From a virus (Duplodnaviria > Caudoviricetes): a stretch of DNA of 64,000 nucleotides. Numbering within the stretch: the first letter of the stretch is position 1; each line of letters begins with the position of its first letter. The notes beneath the pieces were generated by a model. That model ran no database searches, was not told the DNA's origin, and saw only the letters and a program-made list of their open reading frames with translations. The stretch is taken from positions 8,422-72,421 of the IMG/VR virus record IMGVR_UViG_3300032327_000460; one strand, given 5' to 3'. This document shows positions 58,077 to 64,000 of this stretch, one piece after another. A program made the position numbers and the translations under genes.

Positions 58077-58319
58077 TTAGGCTGACACTGTTTCGCAAAA
58101 CCAACCTTCACGTTCAATCTTGCGCTTTGCGGACATCATGGTCTTACGATGTGCCACAAACTCGGGTGTAAGGGTAGCATGGATACCACCCAGTGCTTGC
58201 ATTACAATTAATGCGGCATCACGTTTTGCATACGTTTGTACTGCATTTACAGGAATCATAAATTGACGACCAGTGCCATCGGCGTTTTTGAAAACTGGGC
58301 TAGTGTACAAAACCTTCAT
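58077..58319 (-). CDS. hypothetical early protein
   Basis: Promoter TTGACA 58374-58379 / TATAAT 58351-58356; AAGGAG RBS. Confidence 0.6.
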   Translation of the reverse strand: MKVLYTSPVFKNADGTGRQFMIPVNAVQTYAKRDAALIVMQALGGIHATLTPEFVAHRKTMMSAKRKIEREGWFCETVSA

Positions 58320-58390
58320 TTCGAACTCCTTTGTTTCAATCTATGTATAGATTATACGCTATTAGCCATTTAATGTCAAATTTTGGACAC

Positions 58391-58418
58391 AAAAAAAGCC
58401 CCAATTATTGGAGCTTTT
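58391..58418 (-). terminator. rho-independent terminator
   Basis: AAAAGCTCCA-ATAAT-TGGGGCTTTTTTT on minus strand. Confidence 0.7.
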
Positions 58419-58434
58419 ATTAGAACTAAAAGTA

Positions 58435-58707
58435 TTACTTTTTAACTGTAGTACTTTGATTAACAAATCCGTACATCTTTTCAGCAGTTTCAAGGATCTT
58501 TTCTAGGCCTGGAAACTCTGGCATAGCAACTGTACTAACTAATTGACCAGTCTTGTCATCACGTTTGGCTGACATTTCCCAGCCATGAAACTTCATAGAG
58601 TATTCTTGTTGAACCATATCCTTAGCCATTGCTAAAATATCGGTGCGTAACTCATAGCCATTTTTGTTGAATTTAACTTCGGGTAGTTTTGGTGTAAAAT
58701 CTGTCAT
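58435..58707 (-). CDS. conserved phage hypothetical protein
   Basis: KNGYELRTDILAMAKDM...AEKMYGFV. Confidence 0.6.
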   Translation of the reverse strand: MTDFTPKLPEVKFNKNGYELRTDILAMAKDMVQQEYSMKFHGWEMSAKRDDKTGQLVSTVAMPEFPGLEKILETAEKMYGFVNQSTTVKK

Positions 58708-58769
58708 TTTGTTTTCCTTAAAAAGTGTTTGTGTGTGCTTATTGTATTACAGTTTTGTGTAACTGTATA

Positions 58770-59345
58770 TTATTTCGGTAAGATTGGTGTAGACCACAAT
58801 TTAGTAAGTCTATTTCGTAGTTTGCCAAACTCATCAAAAATTTCTTTTTGTTCCTTGAACAATTGTGTATTTGTTTCTAAAATAGAAGGACTAGGAACTT
58901 CAATGATTGCTGTACGCTCACCGTCGCCCCTATACCTAGTTCTTAAATCGTTTTTATTAGCCAAATGCTGTATAACTCTATTGTCTTCTATGCAGTGCAT
59001 ATATACTTCATTAATTTTGTGAAACTTAGCCCATGCTAATATTTCACTAATCAATTTATTACCAATGCCCTGACGCTGAAAATTGTGTTGTATAGAAACT
59101 GCTAGTTCCCAACTATCGTCATTGTTTTTAGAAAGTTGACCCCAACCCACACGCTCGCCATCATCTCTTGCATACCACAGTTCATGGTCGTGAGGATGAT
59201 AACACATATTCAAAATTAATTGATCAATAGAATAATCGCTTGCTGGATAACCAAACCGTGAGATTTTATCCTCAGGGGACAACGCCTTTAAGTGGCGACT
59301 ATAATCGTTAATTTTATATATGTTGGTGTGATGAATCTGCATCAT
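58770..59345 (-). CDS. GNAT-family N-acetyltransferase
   Basis: ELAVSIQHNFQRQGIGNKL (Q/RxxGxG/A acetyl-CoA motif). Confidence 0.85.
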   Translation of the reverse strand: MMQIHHTNIYKINDYSRHLKALSPEDKISRFGYPASDYSIDQLILNMCYHPHDHELWYARDDGERVGWGQLSKNNDDSWELAVSIQHNFQRQGIGNKLISEILAWAKFHKINEVYMHCIEDNRVIQHLANKNDLRTRYRGDGERTAIIEVPSPSILETNTQLFKEQKEIFDEFGKLRNRLTKLWSTPILPK

Positions 59346-59421
59346 TGCAATTTACTTGCTTTGTACTTTTTATAAGATTGAATAGATTCTAATAGACCTA
59401 GGAAGAATTCTTTAATTTTGT

Positions 59422-59622
59422 TCATAGATACCTCTTACTAGATGACAAATGATAGTCTCTGGCTATACGCTCTACATCAGCCGTGTCTTGTGGATTGCGA
59501 CTAGTGATATATTGTTCTAAATCAGAACCATATGTTGATTGTGATTTAGTTGCCATAGAAATTAATGGTACAACAATACCAACCATAGCTAGTGCGCCAA
59601 TTGTTAATAAAACACTAAACAT
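59422..59622 (-). CDS. small membrane protein, DUF3563-like tail
   Basis: N-terminal TM; LEQYITSRNPQDTADVERIARDY. Confidence 0.4.
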   Translation of the reverse strand: MFSVLLTIGALAMVGIVVPLISMATKSQSTYGSDLEQYITSRNPQDTADVERIARDYHLSSSKRYL

Positions 59623-59624
59623 GA

Positions 59625-59900
59625 TTATTTAGCCTTAGTTTTATTTGTATTAAAAGATGGGACCATTGCTTTGAACTGGTCTCCCATTTCTGTGTAGAAT
59701 TCTTTGCTTGTGAAAATTATACCCAAAGCCATCATTGATTGCATTCCTGCATCTGCGGCTGATTTGGTATATTTTGTTTGTGCATCAACAAAGTTGTTTA
59801 ATGCTGTCTTGATACCGTCATGTTGTACGGTTTCTTCGATAAATTTCTTTTTGAAGTCTGAAACGCCGTCGATAAAGGCGTATGTTGCTGTGTTAAACAT
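59625..59900 (-). CDS. amphipathic helical protein, possibly phasin-like
   Basis: Helical Ala/Phe pattern FVDAQTKYTKSAA; TATAAATA at 59964-59971. Confidence 0.3.
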   Translation of the reverse strand: MFNTATYAFIDGVSDFKKKFIEETVQHDGIKTALNNFVDAQTKYTKSAADAGMQSMMALGIIFTSKEFYTEMGDQFKAMVPSFNTNKTKAK

Positions 59901-60199
59901 TTTATATCTCCTATGTGTGTGTTTAAGTGTGTGACTTTTTATAGAGAGTACTAACTCTGTAAATATTTATACTATAATAATAACACAAAATATTTGTCTA
60001 TAAAAGAAAAACAGGGTATTATCCCCGTAATTCTTTGTGTTTTTGTAGAGCCAGTTCTCTAATTTTGGCTAATCTATCTAGGATGTGATCTGGTAATTCA
60101 GTGTCATCATCCCATAGATTAGTGTTGATTAATTTAGGCCTACTATAGCCCCGATGATAGTCTAGTTCGGCTACATCGGAACTATCGTCATCCTCTAAT

Positions 60200-60487
60200 T
60201 TACTTAGATGGCTTGGCGTCTGCCTTAGGAGCAGTTGTTGCAGGTGTCGCTTCTGTTTTGGCAGGGCTTTTAGTGGCATCCACTTTTTTATCCTCTTTTT
60301 TCTTAGCCAACTTCATTTCAGTCTTAGGAGCTTCTGCTTTAGCAGGTGCAGTTGTGGTTGAAGCAGGTGTTGCAGTTACTGGTGCGGTTGCTGTTGCTGT
60401 TGCTGGCTTTGTAACAGGGGCTGTAGTCTGAGCAAATGCTGTTGCTACTGACAAAGATGCGATAATGGCGATTGCTAATGTTTTCAT
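60200..60487 (-). CDS. exported Ala/Thr/Pro/Lys-rich low-complexity protein
   Basis: Signal peptide MKTLAIAIIASLSVATAFA. Confidence 0.65.
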   Translation of the reverse strand: MKTLAIAIIASLSVATAFAQTTAPVTKPATATATAPVTATPASTTTAPAKAEAPKTEMKLAKKKEDKKVDATKSPAKTEATPATTAPKADAKPSK

Positions 60488-60600
60488 TTAGTTTCCTTTT
60501 ATGTTAATGAAAGTAGAACAACAATTTTGTGTCTACATATATATAACGCGGTAGCCCCAAAATTCGTTGACAAGTTCTTACCCGTTTTACTAAATACAAT

Positions 60601-61092
60601 ATGTTTTATATATCTTATCAAGGAATCTTTAACGGCACAGATTATGAAGATGCCAATACACCCAAACAAATAGGTAAAGCACTTTCCGCTGGGTTTTCTT
60701 GCAATATTGATGTTTGGAGAATAGACAATAAGTTATATGTAGGTAATAACCAGCCCACTATTGAAGTAACTGAAAAATATATACAAGGCAATAGATTTTG
60801 GATTAATGCTAAAAACACTGATATGCAAACTTGGATTGCGACACAACCTTCTAAATTATATCCAAACTATTTTCATTTTGATGCATCAACGCCGCCTCCA
60901 CCGTATGCTACTGCTAGTAACGGTAAATTGATTACTCCGGGTACAGTTCCCATCAATCTAAATAGTGTTATGTACTTGCCAGAGATTAATGACCGCAGTT
61001 TATTAACTATGGTTAAAGTAAGGGCATACGCTATTTGTAGCACATACCTCGTTACTATCAGACGAATGCGTTTTGAGGGAATTTGGTTTTAA
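60601..61092 (+). CDS. GDPD/PI-PLC-like protein with degenerate active site
   Basis: ISYQG...ANTPKQIGKALSAGFSCNIDVW versus usual IAHRG...ENT...ExDV; CTAAATA at 60590-60596. Confidence 0.5.
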   Translation: MFYISYQGIFNGTDYEDANTPKQIGKALSAGFSCNIDVWRIDNKLYVGNNQPTIEVTEKYIQGNRFWINAKNTDMQTWIATQPSKLYPNYFHFDASTPPPPYATASNGKLITPGTVPINLNSVMYLPEINDRSLLTMVKVRAYAICSTYLVTIRRMRFEGIWF

Positions 61093-61253
61093 CCGCCCCT
61101 TGCTGTCCTACGAACAACGGACGAGCCACCAAAACCTTTACTAGGCTTAGGTGCTTTTTGTTGCACTGATTTTGCATTAGGTAATTTTATATTGTTCTTT
61201 TTGGCTTCATTGGCCATGTTGATAAATGGATTTGGACTTTTCTTTTCTGTCAT
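61089..61253 (-). CDS. small basic protein (54 aa, below track cutoff)
   Basis: Read by hand, MTEKKSPNPF...RRTARGG; ATGA overlap with upstream gene. Confidence 0.5.
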   Translation of the reverse strand: MTEKKSPNPFINMANEAKKNNIKLPNAKSVQQKAPKPSKGFGGSSVVRRTARGG

Positions 61254-61669
61254 TTTTTAACCTTAATTGAATCTAAGTATTCATTGACATTCCCATATAG
61301 ACTAACCATCATAGCAATTTTGCTATCATAGAATCTAATGAAGGGTTTGCTTTTCTTTCCATCTTTATTTACCCCCATATAGTAGGGGCATTTGATTTTC
61401 TTGTTTAGTTCCATTACCCATGTATGATAAGTGTCAGCCGGCCGGGCAACTAAATCATATTGGTAGAATTCTATTTCGGCCATTCTAAATGCCAGATCAC
61501 CGTAGTCGGTTAATCTTAATCCATCTTGTCTACCTGTCTGCCACCATTTAAACAATAAATTATCTACTGTGGAGTTCCGCTCCTCTGATAGTTCATCAGG
61601 TAGTTCTTTTGCTACCGCTTCAGTTATTATTTGCTTTAATGATTTTCTGTCACTCATCTGGATAAACAC
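61250..61669 (-). CDS. hypothetical protein
   Basis: GLRLTDYG...CPYY. Confidence 0.6.
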   Translation of the reverse strand: MFIQMSDRKSLKQIITEAVAKELPDELSEERNSTVDNLLFKWWQTGRQDGLRLTDYGDLAFRMAEIEFYQYDLVARPADTYHTWVMELNKKIKCPYYMGVNKDGKKSKPFIRFYDSKIAMMVSLYGNVNEYLDSIKVKK

Positions 61670-61943
61670 ACGCGCCTTGATTCATAAAGACTACAGTGAA
61701 TTTGTCTGTTTTGAATTGCGTATTGAGTTTACGACATAAATTCCTAGCATGTCCCGGATTACTGAAACTAGTTTTTTTATATTTAGGCGTAGCGTCAGGA
61801 TCTTGATAATGCTGTGACTTTAAGTTGATAGGTTGGTTTTGATAAAAAACTGCCCATATGCCGGCGGCTTCCACAATTTGGTCGCATTTATATGTAACTT
61901 TATCTACAATCTCTAATAACAATTTTGGTTGTGTTCTACTCAT
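61650..61943 (-). CDS. conserved phage hypothetical protein
   Basis: MSRTQP...YKKTSFSNPGHARNL. Confidence 0.6.
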   Translation of the reverse strand: MSRTQPKLLLEIVDKVTYKCDQIVEAAGIWAVFYQNQPINLKSQHYQDPDATPKYKKTSFSNPGHARNLCRKLNTQFKTDKFTVVFMNQGACVYPDE

Positions 61944-62149
61944 GACCATTTACCACCATTGACTTCAACTTGAATTACCGTATTGTCAATGGATTCCTTT
62001 TTGTTGTTTAATAAATCGTAATTATCTGACAATAGTTTGGCTATTTCGTCACGGAGCATTCTTGCTTCTTCCATTGGTAAAATCACATTTGTATTGATTT
62101 TACCTTCACTAGCCGAAACTTTGTCGATAAAACGTTTTATTATAATCAT
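61940..62149 (-). CDS. hypothetical protein
   Basis: CTAAATA at 62154-62160 upstream. Confidence 0.55.
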   Translation of the reverse strand: MIIIKRFIDKVSASEGKINTNVILPMEEARMLRDEIAKLLSDNYDLLNNKKESIDNTVIQVEVNGGKWS

Positions 62150-62613
62150 ATACTATTTAGCACATTTTCAGCTTCTTCTTTAGATTTATATGGACCATTA
62201 TACCCATATCGTTGAATAAAAATGTATTTAGGGCAAAAAACTACTTTAGTTTCCTGTCCTTGATTAACCGTATACCAACCTGCCGCATAATAACACTTGC
62301 TCTTTGCTGTTTTTGTAAACAAATGAAGTTTACGCTTTACATCTAACATGCTATTATATACCTTTGCAGTAGTTGGATATTCATTGAAGGGAAGGTCTTT
62401 GCCGCTGGTTTTAAGTTTGGAAATATTCTCAAAACGAATGTTAGTGATGCGCTCAATAGCCTTTGTATTCTTGTAATGGGTTTTGCTACCATTCAATTTA
62501 AGTTCAAAGCCTGAGCCGTCTGCCAATACATTCCCTACTTTTTCCTCCCCGTCAGTTACAATCCAGAATTGATTTTTAACTACAGGTTTTGCAATTAGTG
62601 GTTTATCAGTCAT
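62146..62613 (-). CDS. hypothetical protein
   Basis: ORF track; FCPKYIFIQRY. Confidence 0.6.
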   Translation of the reverse strand: MTDKPLIAKPVVKNQFWIVTDGEEKVGNVLADGSGFELKLNGSKTHYKNTKAIERITNIRFENISKLKTSGKDLPFNEYPTTAKVYNSMLDVKRKLHLFTKTAKSKCYYAAGWYTVNQGQETKVVFCPKYIFIQRYGYNGPYKSKEEAENVLNSI

Positions 62614-62891
62614 ATTTTTTCTTTTTTCTTTGTTGAAAGTTCGTCATCAAAATCAGTTAATCGTGTTACGCCCTTGTGTGTACATACTAACACACGTGTA
62701 TACTTGCCGTCAATCTTTAATGGTAAATCCAAATGAATATGCAATTCAGGACCCCGTAGTTCACTAATAACAGTATCGTTACCAACACTACCAATCCAGC
62801 GAATCTTTCCGTGCATGCCGGTTACCCTAGCCATAAATTCATATTTAGGCTTGTAACGATTTTTTTCAAAGTATTCACTTAGACTTGCCAT
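62610..62891 (-). CDS. hypothetical protein, paralog of 52243..52482
   Basis: SLSEYF...YKPKY...GSVGNDT...GPELHIHLDLPLK. Confidence 0.6.
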   Translation of the reverse strand: MASLSEYFEKNRYKPKYEFMARVTGMHGKIRWIGSVGNDTVISELRGPELHIHLDLPLKIDGKYTRVLVCTHKGVTRLTDFDDELSTKKKEKI

Positions 62892-63072
62892 TTTTCAAAA
62901 CCATGTTAGGTGCAATGTTGGTGTCATAGATTTGCGCCATTGTTTCCCACAAACCTTTGCGCTCTGATTCGGTCATGCCGGCAACCCAAGGAGGATCCTT
63001 GGGATTTTTATCAAGACCATAATCATGTCGATATGTGTTACACATATCGGTAATAATTTGTTCACGATTCAT
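62875..63072 (-). CDS. hypothetical protein
   Basis: Start trimmed to ATG 63072. Confidence 0.5.
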   Translation of the reverse strand: MNREQIITDMCNTYRHDYGLDKNPKDPPWVAGMTESERKGLWETMAQIYDTNIAPNMVLKNGKSK

Positions 63073-63523
63073 TATGTTCTCGGGTAAGTTCACATACCAA
63101 TTGGAAATGCTCATATGCTTTTTTCACTGATGGATTTGACATTAATTTATTTGCTTCTTCCATCATGGCCTTAATACCTTCTTCTGCAATTTCTCTAGCA
63201 CTAGGAATTTCAATATAGTAACGTTCATCGCCAAATGATTTGACTAGATTGTCCCATGCTTTACGTTGTTTTTCTGTAATTGGAGTTCTATGTGGACGCA
63301 TTTCGCTAGCTTTAACTACTGCTTTACTAATAGCATCCTCAGCAACTCGGCCTGCGGCAATCATGGCAGCATAGTTAGGATCAATGTTGAACCTACGGCT
63401 TGTGCCGCCCGGGTAGCACATAACAAGATGATTACCTTTAGGGAAACTATCCATGTAAGTATTGTCATACTCAGCAACGGGTTTATACCTACGCCCAACT
63501 TTTTCGTAGTAGATTTTTTTCAT
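63062..63523 (-). CDS. hypothetical protein
   Basis: ORF track, 153 aa. Confidence 0.6.
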   Translation of the reverse strand: MKKIYYEKVGRRYKPVAEYDNTYMDSFPKGNHLVMCYPGGTSRRFNIDPNYAAMIAAGRVAEDAISKAVVKASEMRPHRTPITEKQRKAWDNLVKSFGDERYYIEIPSAREIAEEGIKAMMEEANKLMSNPSVKKAYEHFQLVCELTREHNES

Positions 63524-63750
63524 TTTAACTGAAACTTTTTTAAGTAGCTGTTAGCCAATGATGTGTCAAATTCTTCGGCAAGTGAATTATCATACATGAT
63601 TTCCATTCTTGCCAATTCTTTTCTATATTCTTTAATAATCCACATAGCATATTCTTGATCTTCTTCATCCATGCTACTCCACCATTCTTCTAGTTCTTCT
63701 GTAGTACGGTTAAGAATAAAATAGATATTGTCCATGTCTTTGTCATTCAT
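63520..63750 (-). CDS. acidic hypothetical protein
   Basis: ORF track. Confidence 0.5.
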   Translation of the reverse strand: MNDKDMDNIYFILNRTTEELEEWWSSMDEEDQEYAMWIIKEYRKELARMEIMYDNSLAEEFDTSLANSYLKKFQLK

Positions 63751-64000
63751 GCAATACTCCTTTATACGGACTGTTCAACCATTTACTATAGGTCTCGGCT
63801 TGCTCTGAAATTTTAGTCAACTCATACCTACCGCAGAATTTCATAAAATGCAGTCCCACCTGAGAAATAGTCTCAACACGGACGCTTTCACGAATACGCT
63901 GGTCAACTGCATCCTTGATTTCTTGAGGCTGTGCCTTCAAATCAATGAGCATCTTATTACGCTCAAACGCATCCTTAACACGCACTTCATTACCATCATG
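63743..64000 (-). CDS. C-terminus of T4-type RNase H / 5'-3' exonuclease (5' truncated by window edge)
   Basis: Frame is open to the window end; FERNKMLIDLKAQP resembles the RNxxLIDL motif. Confidence 0.5.
   Translation of the reverse strand, partial: HDGNEVRVKDAFERNKMLIDLKAQPQEIKDAVDQRIRESVRVETISQVGLHFMKFCGRYELTKISEQAETYSKWLNSPYKGVLHE

Noticed and set aside
1-64000. tRNA, tmRNA or rRNA genes; stop-codon recoding
   Set aside because: No cloverleaf or T-loop signature noticed by eye in the short intergenic gaps; known proteins are full length in the standard code. A tRNAscan/Aragorn run would be definitive

Overview
This AT-rich, gene-dense window reads as part of a large lytic T4-like tailed phage genome, not a cellular chromosome. 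There is no rRNA, tRNA, integrase, transposase or CRISPR array. It carries many near-identical sigma70-type early promoters (TTGACA-N17-TATAAT) in front of small hypothetical genes, and T4 gp55-type late boxes (TATAAATA / [A/C]TAAATA) in front of structural-like genes. Contents: (i) early small-gene clusters (0.1-6, 30-38, 50-64 kb); (ii) a minus-strand block of Gly/Thr/Asn-rich fibre/adhesin-like genes with a papain-family protease (6-18.5 kb); (iii) host-like auxiliary genes: ErpA, IF-1, bS21, ClpX, ClpP, ClpS, Hsp20 with a ROSE-like thermometer, and an ArfA-like peptide; (iv) DNA/nucleotide genes: ATP-dependent ligase, dCMP deaminase, 5'-nucleotidase, an RNase H C-terminus and a free-standing endonuclease; (v) a tape-measure-like gene. 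The most striking element is a tightly coupled late operon: amino-acid binding protein, DAACS symporter, T4 holin T-like protein and Asp/Glu racemase (21.4-24.8 kb). It is flanked by a trio of exported or membrane proteins and a PBP-type D,D-peptidase, and is a candidate D-amino-acid-linked lysis-timing system. A proteobacterial (possibly betaproteobacterial) host is inferred from the auxiliary genes. All family calls are by-eye motif recognition; no searches were run.
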